A DNA stretch of 64,000 bases from Planctomycetota bacterium (GTDB lineage Bacteria > Planctomycetota > B15-G4 > JADJEK01): contig JADJEK010000007.1 in the NCBI GenBank assembly GCA_016709145.1, positions 129,328 through 193,327 on the forward strand, in the 5' to 3' direction. This document shows positions 41,076-49,748 of this stretch, in pieces. Numbering within the stretch: the first letter of the stretch is position 1; each line of letters opens with the position of its first letter. The notes beneath the pieces were generated by a model. It worked only from the letters and a program-made list of their open reading frames with translations. It was not told the origin of the DNA and did no database searches. Position numbers and translations under genes: made by a program.

Positions 41076-42617
41076 ATGCATCGACCTCACGTCCCGGCCC
41101 AAATTCCGTCCCTCGCGCTCCCCCACGACCCAGCGTCGTTCGAGAGCGCCTTGCGCGAGCAGATGCGGCGTGCGCCGTGGCTGCTCGTGTCGATCGGCGC
41201 GCACGCGTTGCTCGGACTCGTCATGAGTCAATTCATGACCGGTGTCGTCCGCGTCAAGCCGACGATGCCCGCGATCATCGCGCAGCTCGAAGACACGGCG
41301 ATCGATCCATTCGAGCCTCCCGAGCCACCGACTCCGCCGGAGACTACGGTGACGCCGACCATGGACGAGCCGACGATCGAGCCCGAGGTCAACGACCAGC
41401 CGACCGACGAACCGACGGTCGCCTCCGATCATCCGAGCGACTCGCCGATCGACGCGCCGTTCGAAGGAACGGGCAAGAACGACGTGCTCGGTGTCGGCGG
41501 CGGAGGCGGCGGTCACGGGCGCCCGGGGAAATACAGCAGATGCACTGCGAGTAGAGATCGAACGACTTCGCAGCGCGCCGTCGAAGCCGGCCTGGACTGG
41601 CTGAAGCGCCACCAGAACGAGAAGGGCCACTGGTCGGCCGCGGACTTCTCGGACGCTTGCGCGACGAACCGCTGCGACGGCGCGGGCGACGCGATGCATG
41701 ACGTCGGCGTGACTGGCCTCGCGCTACTCGCGTTCCTCGGAGCCGGCCACGGCCCCAACGCAGGTCGCTACCAAGGCGTCGTGAAGAAGGGCCTCAAGTT
41801 CCTCGTCGACCACCAGGACGGCGAGACCGGTTGCTTCGGCGAGCCGAACTCGCACCAGGCTTTCCTGTACGACCACGCGATCGCGTCGCTCGCGGTGATG
41901 GAAGGCTACGGCTTGTCGCAGTGGCCGATCCTGAAGGCGCCCGCGCAACGCGGCGTGCGCTTCATCCAGAGCGCGCGCAATCCGTACAAGGCGTGGCGTT
42001 ACGCATTCCCGCCCGATGGGACGAACGACGTCTCGGTGACCGGATGGATGGTCATGGCGCTGAAGTCCGCGCAGGACTTCGGACTCGACGTCGACTCGTC
42101 CGCACTCGACGGAGCCCGTGTCTACCTCGAGGAGATGACCGACGAGCAGTCCTATCGGACGGGTTACCTCGCACGCGGTGGGTACTCGGCGCGCGAACCG
42201 GGGCTCGCCGAGCGCTGGCCGGAGCAAAAGACCGAGGCGATGACCGCCGTCGCGATGCTCTGCCGCGTCTTCGCGGGCGAAGACACCAGTTCGAGTCCGG
42301 CCCTTCGCGGCGGCGCCGACCTCCTGCGCAAGCAGTTGCCGACGTGGGACGAGAAGGCCGGGACGATCGATTTCTACTACTGGTACTACGGCTCCTACGC
42401 CATGTACCAGATGGCCGGCCGCGACTGGGACGCGTGGCAGCCGCGCATGCTGGCGGCGGTCGTGAAAACGCAACGCGACGACGGCTGCGAGAAGGGCTCG
42501 TGGGATCCGCAATTCGATCCCTGGGGCCATCGCGGTGGACGCGTGTACGCGACGGCGACCATGACGCTCTGCCTCGAGGTCTATTACCGCTACGACCGCG
42601 TCCTCGGCGCGCGCTGA
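41076..42617 (+). CDS. TM-anchored QW-repeat protein, paralog 2 (tandem duplicate of 39277..40824)
   Basis: Same architecture. TM region nearly identical to paralog 1 (SFESALREQMRRAPWLLVSIGAHALLGLVMSQFMTG vs SFEDALREQLRKAPWLMVSIGLHVLIGLIMSQFMTG). About 65-70 % identity by eye in the toroid domain (LDWLKRHQNEKGHWS...). Linker differs (Thr/Pro-rich). Confidence 0.7.
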   Translation: MHRPHVPAQIPSLALPHDPASFESALREQMRRAPWLLVSIGAHALLGLVMSQFMTGVVRVKPTMPAIIAQLEDTAIDPFEPPEPPTPPETTVTPTMDEPTIEPEVNDQPTDEPTVASDHPSDSPIDAPFEGTGKNDVLGVGGGGGGHGRPGKYSRCTASRDRTTSQRAVEAGLDWLKRHQNEKGHWSAADFSDACATNRCDGAGDAMHDVGVTGLALLAFLGAGHGPNAGRYQGVVKKGLKFLVDHQDGETGCFGEPNSHQAFLYDHAIASLAVMEGYGLSQWPILKAPAQRGVRFIQSARNPYKAWRYAFPPDGTNDVSVTGWMVMALKSAQDFGLDVDSSALDGARVYLEEMTDEQSYRTGYLARGGYSAREPGLAERWPEQKTEAMTAVAMLCRVFAGEDTSSSPALRGGADLLRKQLPTWDEKAGTIDFYYWYYGSYAMYQMAGRDWDAWQPRMLAAVVKTQRDDGCEKGSWDPQFDPWGHRGGRVYATATMTLCLEVYYRYDRVLGAR

Positions 42618-42763
42618 AGGAACGGCCCGCCGACAGGTCGCTTGACCGTTCGTTCGCTGGAGAATCCGCGGGATCCCCTTGGGATTCCGCGGATTCGCGC
42701 TCGATGAAGGCCCCCGCGCATCCGACTGATTCACGCGAGGCCCGAGCGGATCTCCATGCCATC

Positions 42764-45262
42764 ATGCCGCCCATCATGACCCGCTCTCTCCAAGCCCTCC
42801 TCCTGCTCGCCCTCTCGTTCTCCCCCGCCGTGGCCGCCGACGACGATCGCTCGGCGCGCTTCCCGGTCAACGTGGTCCTGAACGGCGACTTCGAACTCGC
42901 CGCGGACACCTCCGTGTCGCCGGCGAAGTACGGCGCTTACTGGAAGAACGCGTTCGAATACGCCAAAGGCACGTCGACGAGTCAGGTCGCCGAACTCGCC
43001 CCTGGCCAACACGCGCTACGGCTCGAGCCCGGCCGCGACCTCGTTCGCCAAGCGTTGACGCTGTACGGACCGCACGCCGACCAGTTCGAGTTGCGCCTGC
43101 GCTTGAAGCGCCCCGCGCCGGACGTGCTCGCGCACCTCCTGGTGCGGTCCGGCGTGAACTTCGATCTGCACTACGTGCTCGGTGACGTCGCCGAGATGCC
43201 GGACGTTTCGACCAAGCCGATCCGCGTCGCGGCCGAGTCGCCCGCGGACGCCGACGGCTTCGCGACCTATCGCATCGAGATCGCTCGAGACTTCGGCGCC
43301 TACCACCAAGTGCGTCCGGGTCCGTGGCTCGAACTCCAATTCGGCGCCGAACGCGGCATCGCTCTGCTCGACGACGTCGTCGGCGTGCATTGGCTGCCAC
43401 GCGTGTCGCCGCGTGAACTGCGCGCCATGCTGCTCGACGAAGTTCGCGCCATGTTGTGGATGTACTTCGGCTCGAAGGACGGCTCGCCGAAGTCCGGACT
43501 CGAGTTCGTCGATCCCGTGACCGGATACCAGGTCGTCGGGCGCTACGACTGCAACTCGGGCAAGCCGACGCAGCTCGAAGGCGCGGTCGGGATCGCCGGC
43601 ATCCACGAAGTCGCGCTGCGTTATTGCCACGTCGCCGACGACGCCGAGGACGCCGCCGCGCTGCGGGAACTCCTGCGGACTCGCTTGCGCGCCCACCTCG
43701 AAAGCCTGTTGCGCCACAACGTGCATCCGGACACGCAGCTCTACTCGTTCGTCGATCCGAAGACGTTTACGCCGAAGCTCGAGCTCGCCGTCGCCCCGTC
43801 GCACTACATCCACCACACGCTCGACGTCGCCGCGCTGTTCCAAGACGATGCCGACCTCGCGGCCCGCGTGCGCGCGCGTGTGGTCGCCATGGCCGACGCT
43901 TTGGTGAAGATCCGCGCCGACCACGACCTCCCGCACACGGTCCAGTTCGGGCGCGAGGCCGGCGGCAACTGGTTCGGCCGCATGCCGGAGAAGTTCCATC
44001 CGGACGGGCGACTCGACCAACCACGTACGTACAACCAAGCCTGGGCGATCTCGCAGAATCGCTCGTGGTACTACGACTTCCAGACCGCGCATGGACTGAT
44101 GCGCGCGTGGAGCCTCGAGCCGAAGGAGGAGTACCTCCAGACCGCGCTCGGCGCGATCGCGCGCTTCGATCGCAAGTTCGACGCGCAGCGCTTCGACCTC
44201 GAGAACGACACCGACGACCATTACGGCTTCAACGTCGAATCACTGCTGAAGGCCTACGACGCCAGCGGCCGCAAGATCAGCGCGTTCCTCGAGACCGCCC
44301 AGACGTTCACCGACTACCGCCTGCCGCGGGACGCGGCATGGGACGCGAACCTGTGGATCGAAGGCGTGCGTCTCGGGTCGTTCTGCGCCGGAGACCAACC
44401 GCGGGCGTACCGCGGACCGGCCGGGCTCTACTTGCTCGATGCGAAGGCGAACCCGATCACGTCGGGATTCGAGCCGTACTTGTTCGCCGTGCGTGAACTC
44501 GCTCGCGGCGACATGAAGCACCGACTGCTCGACGACGGCTTCACGCAAGACGCGAGTGCCTACATGTGGACGATGATCTCGGCCTGCTACAAGAGCGACT
44601 TCATCGGGCCGTGCTCGATGAACCTCAAGTGGGAAGGCGACATGGGCGACTTGTTCGCCGGGCCGGCCAGCAACGGCTTCCGCGCGTTGGCGCGAGGGCT
44701 CGAGATCGGCGGCGGCGGTGGTCGACTCGAGTTCGCAGCGTGGTACGGGGTCGTCTTCGACCACACGATGGCGCTGTTCCGCAAGCCGTTCGGCTACCGC
44801 TACGGCATGAGCGTCGAGACCGGCAAGCGCTACGGCATTCCCGAGCGCTACCTCGAAGGCTTCGCCGACGACAATCCCTACGGGATCGGTTGCGTCCTCG
44901 TCCACGCCGATCTGGTCGAGAGTGGCGCGCTCGACGTCGATCCGCCGCGGATCGCGGGACTCGACGTGAAGCGCGCGGACGACGGCATGCTGTCGATCGA
45001 CGTCACGGGCCCGGCGGGAGCCGCGCTGCGCGTGCGCGCCGCGACGACCGCGTCGCCACGCCAACTGCATGCGGTCGATTGGCGGTTGCGCTGGATCTCC
45101 GATCCTGGGGCCGCCTCCGCGGCGGTCACGCTCGACGCCAACGGCGCCGCGTGCGTCGTCCTGCCCGTACACGCGAAGGGCCGCGTCCTCGTCGAGGCGG
45201 AACTCGACGCGAACGGGCCCTTCGTCGCGGACCTCGTCACCCTCGAACGAACGTTCGAGTGA
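42764..45262 (+). CDS. Large secreted hypothetical protein (832 aa)
   Basis: MPPIMTRSLQALLLLALSFSPAVAADD signal peptide. ATG is residue 312 of the 41831..45262 track ORF. No family recognised from sequence. Aromatic-rich central region (NQAWAISQNRSWYYDFQTAHG). Confidence 0.6.
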   Translation: MPPIMTRSLQALLLLALSFSPAVAADDDRSARFPVNVVLNGDFELAADTSVSPAKYGAYWKNAFEYAKGTSTSQVAELAPGQHALRLEPGRDLVRQALTLYGPHADQFELRLRLKRPAPDVLAHLLVRSGVNFDLHYVLGDVAEMPDVSTKPIRVAAESPADADGFATYRIEIARDFGAYHQVRPGPWLELQFGAERGIALLDDVVGVHWLPRVSPRELRAMLLDEVRAMLWMYFGSKDGSPKSGLEFVDPVTGYQVVGRYDCNSGKPTQLEGAVGIAGIHEVALRYCHVADDAEDAAALRELLRTRLRAHLESLLRHNVHPDTQLYSFVDPKTFTPKLELAVAPSHYIHHTLDVAALFQDDADLAARVRARVVAMADALVKIRADHDLPHTVQFGREAGGNWFGRMPEKFHPDGRLDQPRTYNQAWAISQNRSWYYDFQTAHGLMRAWSLEPKEEYLQTALGAIARFDRKFDAQRFDLENDTDDHYGFNVESLLKAYDASGRKISAFLETAQTFTDYRLPRDAAWDANLWIEGVRLGSFCAGDQPRAYRGPAGLYLLDAKANPITSGFEPYLFAVRELARGDMKHRLLDDGFTQDASAYMWTMISACYKSDFIGPCSMNLKWEGDMGDLFAGPASNGFRALARGLEIGGGGGRLEFAAWYGVVFDHTMALFRKPFGYRYGMSVETGKRYGIPERYLEGFADDNPYGIGCVLVHADLVESGALDVDPPRIAGLDVKRADDGMLSIDVTGPAGAALRVRAATTASPRQLHAVDWRLRWISDPGAASAAVTLDANGAACVVLPVHAKGRVLVEAELDANGPFVADLVTLERTFE

Positions 45263-45265
45263 CGC

Positions 45266-45547
45266 TTACTTCTTGGCGCCAGCGCGCTCGAGGTTGCGCA
45301 GCTTCACCGACAGCGACGACTTGCGGCGCGAGGCGGTGTTCGGGTGGATCGTGCGGTGCTTCGCCGCCTTGTCGATCTTCTGCATCGCGGCCGCGATCTC
45401 GGTCTTCGCCTTGGCGACGTCGCCGGCTTCGAGGGCGCTCATCGCCTTCTTGATCTGCGACTTCATCGCGGACATGCGCGTCGTGTTCTCGAGATGACGC
45501 TTCTGGCTCTGACGGTGACGCTTCGCGGCTTGCTTGATGTGGGGCAT
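45266..45547 (-). CDS. rpsT: 30S ribosomal protein S20
   Basis: MPHIKQAAKRHRQSQKRHLENTTRMSAMKSQIKKA... Canonical S20 sequence, 93 aa. Convergent with upstream gene, 3-nt gap. Confidence 0.9.
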   Translation of the reverse strand: MPHIKQAAKRHRQSQKRHLENTTRMSAMKSQIKKAMSALEAGDVAKAKTEIAAAMQKIDKAAKHRTIHPNTASRRKSSLSVKLRNLERAGAKK

Positions 45548-45574
45548 GGTCTTCCTTCGGGGACTCGGTCGGAC

Positions 45575-47095
45575 TCAGTCTTTGAAACCGTAAATGGGAT
45601 CGCCGCCCGCGTCGTTCGCCGGCGGTTGCGGCGATTGCGTGGCAGGCGCCGCGGGAGTGGGAGGAGCGGCCGGCGGAGCCGGACGCATGGCTGCGGGCGC
45701 GGGTGACGGCGGCGTGCTCGGGGCAGACGCGGCCGCGGGCTTCGCGGCGCGCAGTCGCGCCACGCGCTCGCCGACGTCACGGAAGTGGATGTTCTTCTCG
45801 TAGATCGACTCGAAGCGCGCGAGCGCGGCGGTGATGTCGCCGGTCCGCTCGAGCAGGACCGCCAGTCGGTACGTGATCTCGGTCGAGCGCTCGGTCTCGC
45901 CTTCGATGCCTTCGAGGGCGGTTTCGAATTGCTTGCGCGCGAGATCGACCAAGCCCTTGGCCTGGAATGCCGCGCCGAGGCCGATCAACGCATCGACGCG
46001 ACGACGCGGATCCTTCACGGCGTACTGGAAATGCTCGATCGCGTCGTCGACGCGGCCGGCTTCGAGCACGAGTTGCCCGATGCGATAACGCAAGCCGAGG
46101 TCGGTCGGATGCTCGCGCACGCGGCGCTCGACTTCCGCGAGTTCGAGTTCCTTGAACTCGCGCTCGAGATCGACCACGTCCGTCGCGGCGCCGACGTCAC
46201 CCGCCGCGGCACGGGACTTCGCATCGCGCAATTGCTGCTCGATGCCCATCAGCCGCACTTCGCCGAGCCGGTCCTTGAACTCGGTCAGTTCCGGTTCGTG
46301 GCGCAGATGATCTTCGAGCGTCGCCACTGCGGCGTCGAACTGACGCGCACGCACGAACAGGTCGATCAACTCGCGACGCGCGCGCTTGTCGGTCGGCGTG
46401 GCCGCGAGCTCGCGCTCGAGCGCGGTCTGCCGCAGCTTGCGCTGGTCGTCGGTCGTGACGATGCGCTGTTCGAGTTCGAGCTGTTGCGCCTTGCCCTTGT
46501 CGCGAGCCAAGTCACGCGACGAGCGCGTCGGGTCGTACGAGCCGGAGGACAGCACGCCCTCGGCCGCGAGGTTCTTGCGCGCCTTCTCGGCTTCGGAGTC
46601 GCGCGGCGAACGCTTGAGCACGGCCTCGTAGCACGCGAGCGCCTGCTCCATTTTCTTGAGCTGGTAGTAGAGGCCGCCGGCCTTCTTCAGCGCGTAGTCG
46701 CCCAGCTCTTCGTCGTCGCCGAGGAACTCGAACACCGCGACCGCGGAGTTCAAGTAGTTCGCCTTCTCGAGCGCTTCGGCGAGCTGCAGGTTGACCTTGC
46801 GGTTCCGGGGGTCGTTGACGAGGTACTTCTCGGCCGACAGCGCGACTTGGTCGGGCTTGCCGCCGATGCCGCTCGTCATCATCGACATGCGGCTGAACAG
46901 ACCGGACGCGGCGCCGAGGGTCGGGTTGAGCTTCTTGGCTTCCGCGCGCTTGACCAGGACTTGGCGCAACTCGCGCCGGGCCTCGCCATGGTCGGGCTTG
47001 AGCTGCAATACCTGGTGGTAGAGCTCGACGGCGTAGTCGAAGTTCTTCTTGCGGACCGCTTCGGCCGCTTTTTCCAGGTGCTTCGCTACGTCCAT
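45575..47095 (-). CDS. TPR-repeat protein with Pro/Ala-rich C-terminus
   Basis: Start taken at M97 of the 45575..47383 track ORF (MDVAKHLEKAAEAVRKKNFDYAVELYHQVLQLKPDH...). Upstream 96 codons lie in the repeat element and look non-coding. Multiple TPR-like helix pairs. C-terminal PAAASAPSTPPSPAPAAMRPAPPAAPPTPAAP. Confidence 0.6.
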   Translation of the reverse strand: MDVAKHLEKAAEAVRKKNFDYAVELYHQVLQLKPDHGEARRELRQVLVKRAEAKKLNPTLGAASGLFSRMSMMTSGIGGKPDQVALSAEKYLVNDPRNRKVNLQLAEALEKANYLNSAVAVFEFLGDDEELGDYALKKAGGLYYQLKKMEQALACYEAVLKRSPRDSEAEKARKNLAAEGVLSSGSYDPTRSSRDLARDKGKAQQLELEQRIVTTDDQRKLRQTALERELAATPTDKRARRELIDLFVRARQFDAAVATLEDHLRHEPELTEFKDRLGEVRLMGIEQQLRDAKSRAAAGDVGAATDVVDLEREFKELELAEVERRVREHPTDLGLRYRIGQLVLEAGRVDDAIEHFQYAVKDPRRRVDALIGLGAAFQAKGLVDLARKQFETALEGIEGETERSTEITYRLAVLLERTGDITAALARFESIYEKNIHFRDVGERVARLRAAKPAAASAPSTPPSPAPAAMRPAPPAAPPTPAAPATQSPQPPANDAGGDPIYGFKD

Positions 47096-47099
47096 CGCC

Positions 47100-47990
47100 G
47101 GTGCTTCCGCGCACGATCCTCGTTGGAAATCACGCAAACCCGAGAAGTTACCGGTGGTGAGGAGAACGGTCAACGCTCCGGGCGCATGGCCCGATGCCCG
47201 CTCGGCCTTCGGCCGAGATACGAAGGCTCTGCCTCCGTAGGCCAGGCCGGGGCCACAGGCCCCGGGCCCCATCGAACAGACGCCGTAGGCGCACCGCCTT
47301 GCTTGCGATCGAGCCCGCAGGACGAGGCGGGGGGCCTTCCCTTGGGAGTCCCTTCCGCCCTTGGGCCGCTCGGGGGACTTCACGCGAAGGGACGTCGTGG
47401 TTTTGAACCGCGAGCGTGCGGCCTGAAACCGAGGAAGGGTGACGGTTCTCGCTCCGCGCCATCGCTCGAACGACGTTTGGCGCGTTCAGCGTCTGGACGC
47501 GATCGCGCAAGTCGTGGAGCACTCGCGATGTAGCCCGCGTGCGATGACCGCCGGTAATCCGACGCGGGTACCCGCGTCGGATTACCGGCGGTCATCGCAC
47601 GCGGGCTGCCGTCCCACCCTTGCCCCCGGAGCCACCGGCTCCCGCGCCGCCGTCACCGTTTCCCATTGTCCCGTTCACGTTCACGGCCACCGGCGCGCTC
47701 CGTGCTCGCTCGCCGGTGAACCGCTCTCCAACCCTTCGACACGTTCGCGCAAGTCCTTGGCCCGTCGTGGTGTAGCCCGAACTCGTTTGCCGCCGGCAAT
47801 CGCGTTCGGGTAACCGGACGCGGTTGCCGGCGGTGATCGCGTTCGGGCTGGGTCTCGGTCACCGCCTCCTTGGCAACCGCCTCGACTCCGGGTTGGCCGG
47901 CTCCTTGCTCCGCCGGGGCTTTGGCGTTATTCAGGGGCTCGTGGATTCGGCCATCGGCCCGAAGTGCCCCGCGTTCGTCTCCGAGGATCT
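47100..47990. repeat. Composite structured intergenic repeat, copy B
   Basis: Shares ctccgtaggccaggcc block and G/C hairpins with copy A. Contains a perfect 76-bp palindrome agcccgcgtgcgatgaccgccggtaatccgacgcgggtacccgcgtcggattaccggcggtcatcgcacgcgggct (~47522-47597) followed by the 85-bp tail conserved with copy A (47598-47681), and a second imperfect ~90-bp palindrome centred on GGGTAACC (~47757-47846). Confidence 0.65.
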
Positions 47991-47993
47991 TGC

Positions 47994-48485
47994 ATGGACG
48001 TCGTCACCTACCCGAACCCTTCGCTGACGAAGAAGACCACTCCCGTGGATACGGTCGATGATGCGACGCGGGTCCGGATCACCGAGATGTTCGATCTCAT
48101 GCACAAGTCGCGAGGGGTCGGCTTGGCCGCGCCCCAGGTCGGCTGGAGCGTACGCCTGTTGGTGCTGAACCCCGGCGACGATCGCGCCCAGGACGAAGTG
48201 ATGATCAACCCGGTCATCAAGAAGAAGCGCGGGCGCGTGCTCGGTGAGGAAGGCTGCTTGTCCTTCCCTGGCATCTACGTCCAAGTCGAGCGTGCGAAGG
48301 AGATCGAGGTGGAATTCACCGATGCGACCGGCGCACGGCGCAGCGAGACTCGCTCGGACTTCGTCGCTCGGATCATCCAGCACGAAGTCGATCACCTCGA
48401 CAACATCCTGCTGGTGCACCGGATGACTCCGGCCGACCGCGTTCGCGTGAAGCGCGAACTCGAGACGCTGGCCGACCGCGGCTGA
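47994..48485 (+). CDS. def: Peptide deformylase
   Basis: Motifs GVGLAAPQVG, EGCLSFPG, HEVDHL. ATG at residue 11 of the track ORF. Confidence 0.9.
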   Translation: MDVVTYPNPSLTKKTTPVDTVDDATRVRITEMFDLMHKSRGVGLAAPQVGWSVRLLVLNPGDDRAQDEVMINPVIKKKRGRVLGEEGCLSFPGIYVQVERAKEIEVEFTDATGARRSETRSDFVARIIQHEVDHLDNILLVHRMTPADRVRVKRELETLADRG

Positions 48486-48495
48486 TCGCGCCGCC

Positions 48496-49449
48496 GTGCT
48501 GATCACCCGCCCCGAGCGCCTCGACGTCGACCTCGGAGTCGCGCGCGGTGGCGTCGCCACGCTCGGCGTGTTCGACGGAGTCCACCTCGGCCATCAGTTG
48601 ATCCTGCGGCGCGTGGTCGAGACCGCGCGTGCCGCGCGCGCACCGGCGGTGGTGCTGACGTTCGCCGTCCACCCCGTCGTCGTCGTCAAAGGATTACGAC
48701 CTCGACTGATCACGTCGCTCGAGCATCGGTTGGCGTTGTTCGCGGCGATCGGCATCGATGCTTGCGTCGTCCTGCCGTTCGACGCCGCGGTACGCGAGCT
48801 CACGGCAGAGCAGTTCGCGCAGCGCGTCTTCGTCGACGCACTCGCGCTGCGAGGACTCGTGCTCGGTAAGGACGCACACATTGGGCGCGACCGCGGCGGG
48901 GACACCGCGTTCCTCAGCGCATTCTGCGCGCGCCACACGATTACGTTCGAAACGATCGAGGACTTCACGGTCAGCGGCCATCGCGTGTCGAGCACCGCGA
49001 TTCGCGCCGCGATCGCGGACGGAGACCTCGGACGCGCGGAGCTCTTGCTCGGCCGCGCTGTCGCTCTGTTCGGCACGGTCGTGCGCGGCGACGGCCGCGG
49101 CCGGCAACTCGGGTTCGCCACCGCGAACCTCGACTTGCACCACGAGATCCGACCTCCTGCCGGCGTCTGGGCCGTCCGCGTGCGCATCGGTTCGATCTGG
49201 GTCCCCGCGGTGCTGAACATCGGGATCCGCCCCACCTTCGGGCCCGACGGCGACCTCACCGTGGAAGCCCACCTGCTCGACTTCTCCGGCGATCTGTACG
49301 GGCAGACGCTCGAAGTCCGCCTCGTCGCGCGTTTGCGGGAAGAGCTTCGATTCCCGTCCCGGGATGCTCTCGTGCTGCAGATCGGACGCGACGTCGAGGC
49401 CGCCCGGAGCCTCTTGGTTCGACCGACACCCGGCCCCACGGCCCCGTGA
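48496..49449 (+). CDS. ribF: Bifunctional riboflavin kinase / FMN adenylyltransferase
   Basis: N-terminal FAD-synthetase nucleotidyltransferase region (GVFDGVHLGHQ) and C-terminal riboflavin kinase (GRQLGFATANL...PTFG). Confidence 0.9.
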   Translation: MLITRPERLDVDLGVARGGVATLGVFDGVHLGHQLILRRVVETARAARAPAVVLTFAVHPVVVVKGLRPRLITSLEHRLALFAAIGIDACVVLPFDAAVRELTAEQFAQRVFVDALALRGLVLGKDAHIGRDRGGDTAFLSAFCARHTITFETIEDFTVSGHRVSSTAIRAAIADGDLGRAELLLGRAVALFGTVVRGDGRGRQLGFATANLDLHHEIRPPAGVWAVRVRIGSIWVPAVLNIGIRPTFGPDGDLTVEAHLLDFSGDLYGQTLEVRLVARLREELRFPSRDALVLQIGRDVEAARSLLVRPTPGPTAP

Positions 49450-49588
49450 CCGCGGCCGAGGGCGTGGTCGGGCCGCGCGTGGAGCGCGAGCCGAATCCCC
49501 CCGAGTCGTCCCTCGAGCTGCTTGTTGCGGACGAGCGCTTGCCGCGCCCGCTTCGGCCGTGTACAAGGTTCGCCCTCGCATTTGCCAT

Positions 49589-49663
49589 GGGCGGGTAGCT
49601 CAGTGGTAGAGCACGCGCCTGAAAAGCGCGGTGTCGTTGGTTCAATCCCGACCCTGCCCACCA
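49589..49663 (+). tRNA. tRNA-Phe (anticodon GAA), CCA encoded
   Basis: gggcgggtagctcagtggtagagcacgcgcctgaaaagcgcggtgtcgttggttcaatcccgaccctgcccacca. 7-bp acceptor stem (one G-U), D-loop AGCTCAGTGGTAGAGC, anticodon loop cT-GAA-Aa, T-loop GGTTCAATCC. Confidence 0.9.
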
Positions 49664-49748
49664 TCCATCGCCCCGCGGCCTTCAAAAGGTCGCGGGGCGT
49701 TCTTCGTTCCAGGGACTACTCTGTCGGCCGTGGGCGAGGAGACACGGC

